The notes beneath the pieces are model-generated. The model saw nothing but the letters and a program-made list of their open reading frames with translations, searched no databases and was not told the DNA's origin. Shown piece by piece: positions 27,416 through 40,700 of a stretch of DNA of 64,000 nucleotides; within the stretch, counting starts at the first letter, position 1; every line of letters starts with the position of its first letter. The DNA is from Trichosphaerium sp. ATCC 40318. Taxonomy: Eukaryota > Protista > Tubulinea. Both the position numbers and the translations under genes were made by a program. The stretch is from positions 124,001 to 188,000 of the forward strand of contig JALMLS010000573.1 of NCBI GenBank assembly GCA_038496445.1, given 5' to 3'.

Positions 27416-28194
27416 AAAAATACAATTCACACCTTATGCTTTGATACCTTCATCTTTACCTTTGTGTTAGCAAGGCTAATATCATAAACACCTGTAAGTT
27501 CAACCTCTTGTTCGGCATGGAATAAATATTGTTTTCCCTTGATTGTTTTGCTCATTTAATTCTACAGTTTAAAAGACTTTGCAATATTTATACAATCAAA
27601 TCTTATCTTATACAAACTTATTTTTAATCGGGCAACGCTCATCCAAAACACTTACATATGTCATTGTTTAGTCAACATTTTACCCAACAATAACCACTTG
27701 GTTACGCTCTTCACATAAATGTTCACATAACATTACTTTGTTATCTGCAGCAGAAAACGCAGACGCGTTTTATGTCGGGAAAATGACGAGGACCTTGAAT
27801 GACCGAGACCAACAGTTTCAAGAATTCCCTCTCCTGTAACACATTCTCCCTTTCCTAAATAAATACACGTCAATTCCTTAAGACCCGCCACCGCCGCTGC
27901 GCTCCCCATCTCCTTTCTTTGTGCTTGGGGGGTTAAGCACTCTGGCGTAACGTCTGAGGTTTTGTACCTTTTCAGGCCAAACCAGTATTGTTGTGTCATG
28001 AGGTTCAGCTAACAAGGACGTAGGCGCTTTCTTGAGTTTGCATGTGGTGATCTAGTGTTGACATCAAGGCATGGCGTTAAGCAATGTCACTAATTCTATA
28101 TTTGAAAATCAAAAGCAATCTTCAAATTCCACAATTGTAATAAATACTCGAGTAAAAAACACGTGTTTTGAAACGACGTTTGATGGAAGTGATA

Positions 28195-29041
28195 TTGTCC
28201 GTATCATTCAAGTTTGCAACAGGTTTGGCAGAAGTATCAAAGTGTAAGATCTTGCAAGAACTAACAAAGCTGACAGATCTTGTAAGTTCTGCTAGTTCTT
28301 GCAAGATGTCAGATTTTGTCAGTTTTGATAGTTCTTGTAAGAACTGACAGCTTTGATAAAAACCTGCAGAACCAGTGCAATGTGAATGCATCACATTCTA
28401 TAACTCGTGACAATGTACCATGCTTGCCGTCCTTATGTACGCTAAGGCAAGGCGAAAAAGCACTGTGTCAAAAGTCACATCATCTAACAAGACGTCACAG
28501 TATTTACTTAGGTGCTCTCATTACTACTTACCCCCAGGAGCCATAAAAACGGCTACGAATTAACAATAATTACATGTTAACTTGCTAGCACCAGGAGCGA
28601 ATACCGGCACATATTCAGGAGGAGTTAAATGTGCGATAATGCTAAAACCTCAAAGAAAATTCCAAGGGCTTCCAAAGTATCTTGCGCTGAGTGTACGGTA
28701 TTAACATAGCGCAATAATCCGTTTTAGAGTATAGAAGACAACTGCTGGACCTTAGAGGACGTCAACAGAACTGCTAAGCTAATGTACCAAATAAAATAAT
28801 GGTTATTAATAAAAACACGTGGTGTCGCAATAATACATGTTGTAAACGTGGATTTAGTTTCTTCCAGAACTGACAAGATCCGTCAGATCTTGTAGTTTTT
28901 GACAGATCTTGCAAGAACTAACAAGATCTTGTAAGAACTAACAGAAGTTGCAAGATCTGTCAGATCTGACTAAACACGAAAACCAAAAGTCACAAACAGC
29001 AAAAAGTTGCAAAGATTAGCAAACTTGAATGATACGGACAA
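28195..29041. mobile_element. Complete ~850-bp MITE with 23-bp TIRs flanked by TA (Tc1/mariner-like TSD)
   Basis: TA|TTGTCCGTATCATTCAAGTTTGC ... GCAAACTTGAATGATACGGACAA|TA. Subterminal AGATCTTG / AAGAACTAACA repeats. No transposase. Confidence 0.85.
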
Positions 29042-29044
29042 TAC

Positions 29045-29126
29045 CTGCATTAATCAAAGTTATATCTGAAATATCCAAAGTCCTAGTTTTTTCATGTCCG
29101 TTTTCTTCACTCTGTGACTCTGCCAT
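29045..29126 (-). pseudogene. Orphan first exon of a paralogue of the ankyrin-PARP gene
   Basis: MAESQSEENGHEKTRTLDISDITLINA-G|GT resembles exon 1 MTESQND...FA-G|GT. Upstream 29127-29200 resembles 18631-18715. Confidence 0.65.
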
Positions 29127-29826
29127 GACGTGTTGTTACTCTTGAGCTAACACAAAAAAATAATAAGTAACACGTGAGATTTTTCGGTGAAGTGTTATTG
29201 CGTTTGTTTACCGGTTTTTTGAAGCTCTCTGGAAACGGAAAGTACATCTGGTAACGTAATAAGGTGATATGGACATTACAATAAAAACGGTTCGAAAAAA
29301 CCGGAACGTAAAAGCAGTGAAGTTTATCAACTTACACTACAATTTTTAGCAGTTGGTAGTTTTTGCCGTATTCACAGTTACAGACGCTATCACTCTCCAT
29401 AGATTTACCCATTCCATTCAATTACCAGTCATTGATACTAAAGACGCACCATGTGCATAAAGGAGTGAAGGAGAAAGGCAAGTGACTGACGGTACCAAAA
29501 GCAACGAACCTTCATTATAAATTCTTGGTACGTTTTATACTTATAAAAGCCTAAAGCATCTTAAATATCTTAGTTGCCACAACGACTAAAGAGCTGATTC
29601 TTAGCACAATGCACAGTTCAGCCTGCGTACAACTTTATAAATAAAAAAAACCTAAGGTCTCGCTCAGCTTTAATAAACACGTGCGTTTTGACTTTTCCAA
29701 AAAATGGACATCTTTCTTGTCTGATAGCTCACTACAGTACGCAAGGCGTGATACTATTATTCAAGACATTCACAATAGTTCAAAAAAGATAGGCAAGCGT
29801 AATAGGTACTAACAGGCTCAGTTTGT

Positions 29827-32056
29827 TTATTTGAACTCGTACACAACAAAATGAAGCATACCGGATAAAGAATAAGACGTTGTGCTAAAACCAGGGTCAC
29901 GAACAACAAAAACATCATTATCTGAGTCGTATCCATCAATTAGAACCTGTTGCTACAAGTTACAAACAATGAAATAAAATCCACAACTTTTTTTGGTTTT
30001 CAAAGCTGACAAGAAGTCCACTACGACTAATGGACTACTTTTAACCCATATGGCATGGCTGCTTATATTCTTATAAAAGCCGTCTGTTTTTTGCGGCATT
30101 TCTTTTAACGTACCCAGTGAGTTCCAGCTCTAACATTTACAATGACACCATGATCACAACTCTAAATAGTTTCAACAAAACATTCCTTTTGTCATTGTTT
30201 TTTTTTAAACTAACTTACTTTAACGTAGCTACGGAGAGTATTTCCTGTCATTGATGATACGTCTTCTACCATACTAATAGCTCCAAGAACATGAACTGAG
30301 TTCCTAAAAGTCACACTTCAATAAAAAGATAATAGAAGCACGTGTTTCTCTCGGCAGTGTCTTTTGAAAAAAGTATGGAAGTAGTTTGTGATTGATGTGA
30401 CCGCGTACCATACAATGAGATCATTGTCAACATACCCACCATTCTTGATAAGCCAGGTATTCAAAGTTCCTATATTAGGATGTAAGTAAGCCTTTTTCAA
30501 CTACTTTTCAGCTATCACGTGCCTGGATTAGCAGCAGTTCCGTTTATCATAATACCACGAGAATTTAATAACATACTAACACTAGACATTGCACATCCAG
30601 CAGAGCAAATAGTAAGTGATGAAGATGTACCCAAAGGACGTCTTGATGTAAAAAAAAAATTAGTACAATCCCAATAACTAACGTCGTACTTTCCCCACTC
30701 GGAATTACATTGTTTGAACTGTACAAAATTACAGTTTACGGCACTTCCATTTGATGGTTTATCTGACAAGCGATAGTTCAGGTCAACCTGTTACGAAAGT
30801 CAAGAATAGCCATTAATATTGAAGTTGGTTGTTTCTCTTCTTTTCTGAAGACCGTTGTATCTGTTGACGTACATCTGTGCTACATTTGGTTGCATCACCA
30901 GCGTATTGCTTCATATAAGGTGTTGTCCAACCTCCTTTATTTCAAAAAAGTAAGTTCTGGCATTAAAAGAAAAAAAGAACTGTGAAAGTTGTACCAAAAG
31001 GTTCAAAATCAGAGAAGCTTGGGTTACCATCATAGTGAGCATACCTTATTTTTTATCAGTAAGTCGAGCATGAAAAGTATTTGAGAGGGTGTAACATGAA
31101 GTAAACTTACCACAAAGGAACATTTCCGAATGGAGCAAAAGAAGAGCCAAAAATAGGTTCCCACTAGAAGACGACGTGTAAATTCCCCATGGATGGCCAG
31201 AGGCTGTTGCACCGGCAACAAGTTCTTTTATAAAAGCTTGGTTTGCGCTTTGAGTACTCCAATATTGAGGACCCTCAATATCTAACCAAATCTACGCAAT
31301 TAATACTTAGCACGTGATAAAAACGCGATTTCAACAACGCGAATAAAAACAAGAATACTATTTTCTGAAAGCGCAAAAACGGTTTTAGTGTTCATATTTA
31401 ACGTCATTTGAAGCTTTATAAGTTGGTGCACTACTACAGTGCGCTCATGAACAATGCCTTTAAATGTTATGCGAGGAGTGCATGACAAAGACCATAATTA
31501 AATAACATTGAAGTTCCATTCGTAAATCAAAATAGTAAGTACCCTATTGAATGTAGCATTGTACTGATCCAAGTAAGAAACCATACTAGATATTTGAGAC
31601 TGTCCACTAGTGCCACATGTGGGACAAGGAAAAACTACAAAACGGTAGTTACTAACAGAAAAACCGTGATGTAAAAACATTCGATTTACTTTTCCATCCT
31701 GGCGGTTTTTTGTTTTGACAAAGAAACGTGAAAAAACCCTCTACGCGCGTAGAGCTTGCTTTGAAACGTACTGTAAACATCAATATCTGATACACCTCCA
31801 TCCCTTGCATTATAAATAGTATGAGGCGCTAACGGGTCAGGTCTACCAAGAGATTGGTACGCCTAAAGCAGAGTTTAACGAACTAGCCAAGAAAACAAGC
31901 GCAACGTGCCCTAATGATAGCATAATCGAATCCACTTGAAGCAAGACACTTCCACGTGTCAATATAGGCAGAAGTGGCAATATCAACGCCCATAGACGCT
32001 GATACAATAGGTATGAGAACTAGCGCTAATACAAGTACTGTATTAAAGAGATTCAT
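29827..32056 (-). CDS. Secreted GH25 protist-type lysozyme fused to a C39-like cysteine peptidase domain (apparent 1-nt frameshift near 31166)
   Basis: Signal peptide; GVDIA, AIIRAYQSLG, FPCPTCG, IWLDIEG, LWYAHYDG, FGGW..PYMKQY, VDLNY. Then FKQCNSEWG, TICSAGCAMSS, NPGTLNTWL, GTHWVLIDGY, VRDPG. Confidence 0.85.
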
Positions 32057-32370
32057 TTCGTGTAGTAGCCAGCGTGATACAAACAAAACAGAATACGAAG
32101 TGGCAAACTTAAGTTTGTCCCTTTTTTTGGTCATATTTTCTGATAACACCCAGTCGTGGCCACGTGATAGTGTTATACTTACATTAGATTTGAAAAACGA
32201 AATACATAAAATCTTTGCTTTACCCACGTGTTCAGGAATACACTATCACGCTAAGAAAAAGGCATACTGTTTCAAAGCACATCGTGGGTATTTTAGCTTT
32301 TTTCCACACTGCCTTAAACTACAAAGCTAGCGTGATTCAAATTGGCCTACAAAACCATTACTTTACGAGT

Positions 32371-33300
32371 ATGTCTACTACTCTTACTAACGACGACGGT
32401 GAGAAATACACAGGGGAAGTTAATTCAAATCAACAACCTCATGGTTATGGTAGTTATTCTTATGCCAATAGAGACACGTGCGCATCCCTCATTTAAACGA
32501 TAGCGGCGTTATGTTTGATTTTCTCCCTCCTAGGTTCGAGGGACACTACCAAAATGGCAAGAGACACGGTATGGGTACCTACAGGTGCGTTTTTGCTCGT
32601 AACAAAAAAAATTAGTAGCCTTTTTGTACACACGTGTTTTTTTAGGTTCTCTGATGGCACATACTATAAAGGAGAGTATCAAAATGGAAAGAAGCATGGA
32701 CAAGGGACATACAAGGTAAAGATGATGTGAATTTTCGCGGTTATTGAAAGAACACACTTGTTTTTTGCGTCATAACGAGTGTAGTAAAATAATAATGCGA
32801 GGTTTTTGTTTTTGTAGATGCAAGGAGGAACATACACTGGCGAGTTTAGGAACGGCGAAATGGAAGGATATGGAGAATGGCGTTCTGATCAGTATGTTTA
32901 AATTATTTACAGCGCGTCTAAGAGCGTTATTAATTCAGTAGATCCTTTGAAAACCCGGAACTGTACTTTTGTTTCTTTCTCACATTGCTGTTTTTTTTTT
33001 GTTGTTAACAGTCGTTTTGTAGAGGAGACGTTTACACGTAAGTTGATGAACACGTGATTTCCAATTGTATTTAAATAATTGTTTTGGTTTACTTATACGA
33101 TAAAGAGGTGAGTTTAGAAGCGGTAGAAGAGAAGGACAGGGCACATACAGATGGGCAGGTGAGCGAAAAAACAAAAAAAAAATGGCCACGGGTCAACCCT
33201 AGTGTCAAACCATCACGTTTTCCCAATCCCAATCCTTATTTTTTTTATAGATGGTACTGTTAAAAGTGGTTCATGGAGAAATGATCAATTTCAGGATTAG
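32371..33300 (+). CDS. Small MORN-repeat protein, multi-exon
   Basis: YTGEVNSNQQPHGYG, FEGHYQNGKRHGMGTY, YKGEYQNGKKHGQGTY, YTGEFRNGEMEGYG, GEFRSGRREGQGTY. Confidence 0.88.
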
Positions 33301-33555
33301 ATAGAGAACAATCTGCTCCAAATTCGAAAAAAAAAAAGAGAAATAAAAAAATGCATCTTGACAAGTTAGAGTCCCTCCCTTTCTTCTAACCTCCCAACAT
33401 TTTATCATTCGCGTCTTCACCTGGTTTTTCTTTTCAATTTGATTACTTACGAAAAAAAAACAAAGAACTTCCATCAACGTAAATGCCACTTCCTTTTCTT
33501 TACCTTTTTTATTGTTTTTGGGAAATTATGTTTTTGGTTTTTTTTCTTCTTTTTC

Positions 33556-35500
33556 TTAATCAACATCATTCAAACCTGGATAATCTGTCTCTTCTGTTGT
33601 ATCAGGAACTATTAATGGCGTTTCTTCGTTCCCAGAGGTCGTATCTGTTGAATCTTTTGTAGTACTTTCGTCAGCAGTTTTAGGAATTTCCGTATTTTCA
33701 CCAGATCCTTCTGCTTCTTCGTCGGCTTCTTGTTTTGCCTGTTCTCTTCTTTCAGCCTCTGTCTTGAGCAACTCACTGTATAGTCCCCAAATAGATACGA
33801 TACCCTAATATTATATTAAGCACATATACAAGACACTGACAGACAGAACGTCATGGAATGGAAAAAAAAAAAAAAAAAAGTCTTTGAAAAAAATAACATA
33901 CCAAAATACCAGACGAAGCGCTTAATACACCTATCATATGCCACTTTAATGGAAACGATCTATACATAAATTCCATAGCCATGAACCCAATAAATAGAGC
34001 CAGGTAAGTCCATATTTTTGTTGTATTTTCACCAACATATCTTGCTCCGATATACAAAAACACAAGTCCTGAAGTATGAAGACATACAGTTGAAATAATA
34101 CGAATAAACCATAAAGGTACTAGAAAATATACTAATAATGTAACACCAAGTACAATACATGCATCAATACCTGCTTGTTTATACTGTTTGTTCGAGATTA
34201 GAGAGTAAAATGAAAAAACATAAAGCCCAGGTAATAAAAGCCATTCCAATGGCATTGTGAGTAGGTAATCCAAATAAAATATAAGTAGCCATACTGGTAC
34301 TAATATAAGTGGTGCTGGGTCTATATATGTGAATAATTCATCAAAAAAGTAACCAGTGTAGGATACTTTATCATCCTACGAAAAAAATGAGAATTAACAA
34401 CTATCAAGAGACAGAGTTTTTTCTTGCTTCAAAAAAAAGCGAGCGTTGTAGATACATCAGTATGATATGTGTACGTACATATAAGAGTATTGTGCCAAGG
34501 AAGAGTGGTACAAATTGCAGTGAAGATATTAAAACAATCACTACTGCAACAGCAGCCAAAAGATGAAAACTCTCCGCTGGAGGTTTCCATAACTCTAAAA
34601 TTACGACTAAAACCCATATAGGGAAACTTATATCTAAGTTCCTTTGCTATGACATACATTAGAAACGTCCAAACAAAAAGATAATGAAGAAAAAGCATCA
34701 ACCGTTGTTTCTTGTCAAAACGGAAAATCAAAGAAGTGTTCACTTAAAACCATCTCAGAAAACGAACCTGCATGTGTACAAACATTACTGCAAATGTCAG
34801 TAAAAGTACATTTGCCAACTGTGGTATCATAAATGAAGGTACTAGTAGCCATACTACAAAAGATAATACAACTAAAAGAGCTACAGAAGCTCCACGTTCA
34901 ACCCATGTTTTTAACATTTTCATTTGAACAAAAACTATTATTGCTGATGCTATAAACCTAGATAGACGGTAAATACTCTTAACAAACGATTTCTACGCTT
35001 ATGAGATGTAGTTTAGGCGTACCATTCGAAAGGTAATCCAGTAAAGTAATCTAATGTATATAATACGGCCCATATGCCAAAAAATCGAAGCCATAGCGTC
35101 CACAGAACGCCTTTAAGATTGTGAGTAGCGAAAAAACGTTTAATTGCTTTTATCGAAATTGTTTATCGCGTCACCTTCTGGTTGTGGCGCCACCTTGGCG
35201 TTTTCGTGTGCTAGTAATATTTCTTCACCAAAAAAATCGTAAAGCCTTCTTTTCCGCTTGTCTTTGAGTATATTATGTGCGCGGTTTATTTTTTTGAACT
35301 GTATAGAGTTGAATTCATGTTTTTACGCATTATTGACAATAAAAACGTACCATAGCCTCTCCATCCTTATTTTTATCGGGATGGTATACCTTTGCGAGCT
35401 TTCTGTAGGCAGATTTGATTTCTTGCGGTGTAGCATCGAACCTGACATCAAGAAGACGGTAAAACTCAGGCCTTATATCTTCTTCCTCAGTAGCGTCCAT
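33556..35500 (-). CDS. DnaJ-domain multi-pass membrane protein
   Basis: FYRLLDV..DATPQEIKSAYRKLAKVYHPDKN, LKDKRKRRLYD; many hydrophobic exons; acidic tail. Confidence 0.85.
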
Positions 35501-35637
35501 GTGAGAAGTACGTTCGTTAAAAAACACTTGACACGTTCGCTAGAATCAATCGGAAAAGCTTCGGCTTGCCAAAAAAAGTCAAAACGTATCATATTTTTGT
35601 TTTGTGCTTCAAAAAAGCAGGAAGTACTCTATCTACA

Positions 35638-36637
35638 ATGAGCGAGCAATCGTCTTCATCATCAGCATCATCTGCGGATGATCAAGAATTAACTTCAACA
35701 AGCGTTTACGACAAAAATGCAAAACCTAAAAAAAGTGCGTTAAACCGTTCAATGCAATTTAAATTATGCGTGCAATGGAAACCTTTAGCGTTTTTAAAAA
35801 TACAATGAGTATTATCTTGTTTCCTATTTCGCCAATGGGTATTATACTCTATACCTATACGAAATATCGCGGTATTGACTGTATGCAGGTATTTTGAAAA
35901 AACCAGGCGAAGCACCAAGAGATGTAAGCGGACTAGAAATAAAGGTAAACGCACCAGAAGGCACAAACAAAGGTGATAAACCGAGGAAAAAAATGCCTGT
36001 TGAAGGATTGAAAGGTGTAGTAAAACCAGGTACGTTTAATCGCATATTTATTGCAAATTACAGCTTTTTAACGCTAAATAGGCGGTGGTAAGATGATAGG
36101 AGCCAAAAAAGAAATTAGTGCTGAGCCAGCTAAAGAAGAGGTAAAACAATGACTTTACATCAAATTCGAATCCATTAGAGTTTGCTGACCCTCCTTAAAA
36201 ACTCAAAAAAAAATAACGTTTTGTTTACGCGATAACGTCATTTCTATTCAAAATCGTTACTCGCTTTAAACGCAAAAACTGTTTTTACGCTCGAAAACGC
36301 TCATAACCCAACCGAAAAAACCCCAAAAATCTCAAAAAAGAATTTACTCAATGATTTTGCAAGTCATTACAATAACACTACATCGCGTAAACAATGTTGA
36401 AAACACTTTCAAAAAAAGTCAGAAGTCCCATCAAAAATTTTTACTTTGTTGACAATGACGATTCTCTTGCCACCACTGACTCTTTGTTAGGTGTCAGCTG
36501 AGAAGTCTGATGATAATGATTCTAAAAAGGGGAAGAAGGATAAGGGAAAGAAGAGCAAGAAGGATAAGAAAGAGAAGAAGGATAAGGGTAAAAAGGACAA
36601 GAAGGCTAAAAAAGACAAAAAGAAAAAGGACAAATAA
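35638..36637 (+). CDS. Small low-complexity Lys-rich protein
   Basis: Four exons joinable by GT-AG introns; C-terminus KKGKKDKGKKSKKDKKEKKDK... Confidence 0.65.
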
Positions 36638-36894
36638 GAAGAAGGAAAAACATTAACCTAACTGGTTTTTTTTTTGTTCAATTTGTGAAAACACGTGTCA
36701 CACGGCAACTCAATGTGTCAGTAAAGATATATCTACGTACCATGTTGGTGTATTTTATATAGAGAGAGTACTTTAATATGACCTGCTTTACAGGTAAGTG
36801 TAAGACAAGCATTTTTTCGAATTCGAATGATTTTTTTTTTCTTTGTTTTGAAATGGAGACATGTGACTCTTTTAAAATGAGTTTATTTTCTTTT

Positions 36895-37507
36895 TTATTC
36901 TGACGTTGGCTCGTCTTTGCGTAGTACGTAGTTATCACGTATGTAATGGGACACTGGTTTGTAGATGTAATCCATTATGTAGTCAACTGAGTGATCTATT
37001 GGCATAAAAATGATTGGTATGATTAGTAATCCGCATGTTGTTGCTAGTAGGCGCTGTTGCATTGGTTTCCATGTAGTAAGTGATTTTTTAATGTAGTAGT
37101 GACTTGTACGACATGTGAGGTTAATGAATAGTGGTGGTATAGTTATTGACGCCTAATAATGCGTTAGCAGTGGTGTTTGTTGACTACTAGTACCAAAAAT
37201 TGCCAAATGCCAGTTTCTAGTGCGCTATCGAAAGTAGCGTAGGTGCGCTCTGCTGGGGTAAGCTCAGAGGAAGCCAAATAGCTCTTTCTGGCTTTATCGT
37301 ATGTATCTGCGCTGGCGTATATCGTAGCAATCAAATACGTTGCATTTACGAGGTGATGGTGCATTAGAGGCCGAAATGCTTCGCCAATTTCATTTGTCTA
37401 CAAAATTAATCACGGGTTCGCCTGTTTATGATGCGTACGTATCCAAGGAACCGTAACGGGGTGTCTTTGAAAATATCTTTCTCTTCCTTCTCCTCATGAG
37501 GCTCCAT
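36895..37507 (-). CDS. MTFP1: Mitochondrial fission process protein 1 (MTP18) homologue
   Basis: DIFKDTPLRFLGY|TNEIGEAFRP, YASADTYDK, IWQFL|ASITIP, GLLIIPIIFMPIDHSVD; two short introns. Confidence 0.9.
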
Positions 37508-37789
37508 GGTACTAATAAATCAATGCAGTGTTCCCAAGATGCTTCGGTGGCGTATTAAGCGACAACAGGCACTGTGGCGCTAAGTCGTATTTTTTTGTCA
37601 CATTTTTTTTTCCGCTTGTTAGAATTCCCTGGTTAGTACCTACATGTAACTACTTATATTGCAGTGCATGCACGAGGGTTAATTATAGCAGTTTTCAGCT
37701 TAAGTCAATCTCAAACAGAAAGCTTTTTCCCGTGATAAAAATTTGGCGAAGTCAGATCGTGATATCGAGCGTTCTTGGCGTCATTCATC

Positions 37790-40700
37790 ATGGTGATGTT
37801 ATCAAAAGCTTTTCTCGTGAGCTTGATGATGATTTATGGTAAGTATACCTCATCACGTGATGAGTTTGAGCTTAATACAGCAATAGTTATAAGAGCTTCT
37901 GAACCGCGACTTTTCGTATGGGATGTTGAAAAACTTGGTATGTTTTTACTTTCTTTTCATTTGTAAGACTCCTGCTTCCTATGACTATCGTTTTTTTCGT
38001 CCAAATGATGTTTGTAATGGAACGTATTTAAATTCCGGTACTTCCACTCAAATAATGATCACGTGTGGTATTTTTTTTACAACAAATGGGATAATTATAA
38101 AAGTTCACTATGATACTAAAAAATAAATTTAGATAGAGGAAGTGTTTCTGATGAGAATAACTGGTTTACGGTCGGTGGCATACCAAGAAATATGACACCA
38201 GGACCAACAGAAACTATACTGTTTCGTGATAGAGCAAGGCCGTATCGTGTTGTTGTAGATACAGGCAAGTTCCGATCCTTTTGAGAATTCATGAAAAAAC
38301 TTGACAAAAAAAGAAAAACGTTCGTCCTAACAGTTCCTTTCTAGATGTATATTGGAACGATACTACCTTTGCCCCAACAGATGAATTTCCAGATGCTCTA
38401 GTAGATTTTGTATTTGAGAACGGACATAGAACTTTTACGACTGCTTTATGTGTCGAACCATGTGCTTGTGAAGGATGTGTATTATCTTTTAATGCGAACC
38501 ACTCTGAGGTTAACATAAATATTGAATCGAATTTTTATGATGGTGCATTTGATATAATTGCAACTAATTGTACGGGTTCAGTTGTTTGCGAAAGGGAACA
38601 TAGCGACTAATTCATATTTTTTTTCTAGCGACAATTGAATGGCCTTTTGTTTCGAAAGATATAAAACTACGCAATGTTGTTTTACACTCCTCTACAATCG
38701 ACATAGAGCCTATTGACCCAATATTATCCGATAATTATAATCTATTTATAGACTCTTTAACTATACAATCATTCACGTGTGTGATTTATTTTAGGAACTT
38801 TTAGGCTGATTTTTTTTAGGAGAGATGAGGAAGAACTTGTTTTAAATGCTACTGAAACAATAATAAGTGATATAGAGATACTAGAAAACACACGTGCTAC
38901 TGTTAGATATGAAGGAGGAGGGAGCATAGGTAAGTAACATGTAGAATCGTTTTGTTAATTAAACGAACCTTTGTAAGGTTCTTTGAGGATTTCTTCGAAC
39001 AGCAGCTTATCGATTATAACACAAAAGGGATTATTCTTTGATAAAGGAATCACAATAGAACGTGGTAGTGAAATTAAAATATATGGAGATGATCGTCGAA
39101 AAGTGTCAATAATAGCCAATATTTATGGTGGAGTCATTACAGTAGACAACTTTCGGTAAGGAAAAAAAACCCAAGCAAAAATCCTTTATTAAATTTCAGT
39201 TTCTAGCGATTTCGTCATCTTTGAGAATATTGTCATCGATATGGAATCTCTAGTATTAAAAAACATACAGAATTTCTATTTCCATGGGGATATAAACGTA
39301 GAAACACTTGTGATTGAGGAGACGTTTACGTCAGGTGTTCATGAAATTCGACATGGGTCAATATCAAATTTGAAAGTGAATTCATCTTCCGCTACCCTGT
39401 CAGTTCTAATCTCTGGAGATGTAACCATTGGTGATATTACTAAAATAGGAGAGTCAATTATCACAGTCAATGGTTCCTTAACAATCACAGGCGATTATTC
39501 GTCTCAGACAGACATCCATGTTCTTCGAGGTTGGTATCTTTTTTTTTTTTCAAGTTTTCAGCTAACACATGTTCTTCTACCTAGGATCAACATTAGTCTT
39601 AGGTAACTCTGGTGTACCTGATGATTGGATTAACGGTTTAAAAAACATAAGCGGAAGCGATGGAAGTGTTGTTTTAAGAGATGGTATCTTCAAAGGAGAC
39701 ATACGCACTTGGTTAAATCATAATATATTCCATGTCAGTTTAGATAACAATGCTCAAGTAACATACAATACACGTGAGTTCGAAAAAAGAACTACCTGGA
39801 TAACACTTTCTTAGGCGTAGTTCCTATTGGGAATGTTAATCTTGGCGATTGTACAGTAATGATTGGAAACACTACTGGGACACAGCCATTTTTAGGTTTT
39901 GATTTTTTGCAAGTACGTTAGCTGTTTGACATTATTCTGAATAACCTGATTATAGATGACTGTTTATGGAGATACAGATCTGGTATCAGGATACGATAAG
40001 ATACATATTCAGAATCTACATATCAATACGGGATATCTGAAATCAAGTAAGTTCAATAACTTCGAAGCAAACAAAAAACTAAGTTGCCTTAGACGCCGAA
40101 ATTGAAGCAAGTATTTCTTTCTCCAGCAATGGTGGAGTATCCTTTATCGCAGCTCCTCGTATATCAATAAACTCGAATACGTCTATACAAGATACTACAG
40201 CCATAATAGAAGCAGATGACCTAGTGTTCAACAAGAAAATTGAGGTAGATCACAAAGTTGGCAGTTCAGCAACACTTCGTCTTTTTGGTTCTTCATGTAA
40301 TTTTACAACAATGTCAATACGTGGTAAGATTCTCTTTGTTTTTATGCTTTTTTGACATATTCTATTTAATTGAAATTGAAATTTTGTAGGTCACCTTGAT
40401 ATCGCTACAGTAGTATATGGTGATAACATTGACATACATAAAGGTGGTTTTCTAAAAGTTGAAACAACAGAAATACATTCAAGTATTTCATTCTTTTCTT
40501 CAGACGTTGTTGAGATTGATATGACTAAAGTACCCATAACAGTACGTTCTAATAGTTATCTACATATAGACTAAAACCACTTGAGATCAACGGAGACATC
40601 ACATTGTCATCGAACCTTCTTTCTCTGTTAAATATTGATTCAACTGAGTTTTCTTCTTTGGAACCTGGAAATTCTACTTCTTTTGTACTCCTAGAAGCAT

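Noticed and set aside
27733-28100. Continuation of the orphan ankyrin gene, or a further LRR remnant, left of the MITE
   Set aside because: Only a few residues (ELVTLLNA; LTCIYLGKGECVTGEGI) resemble either family, which is compatible with chance.
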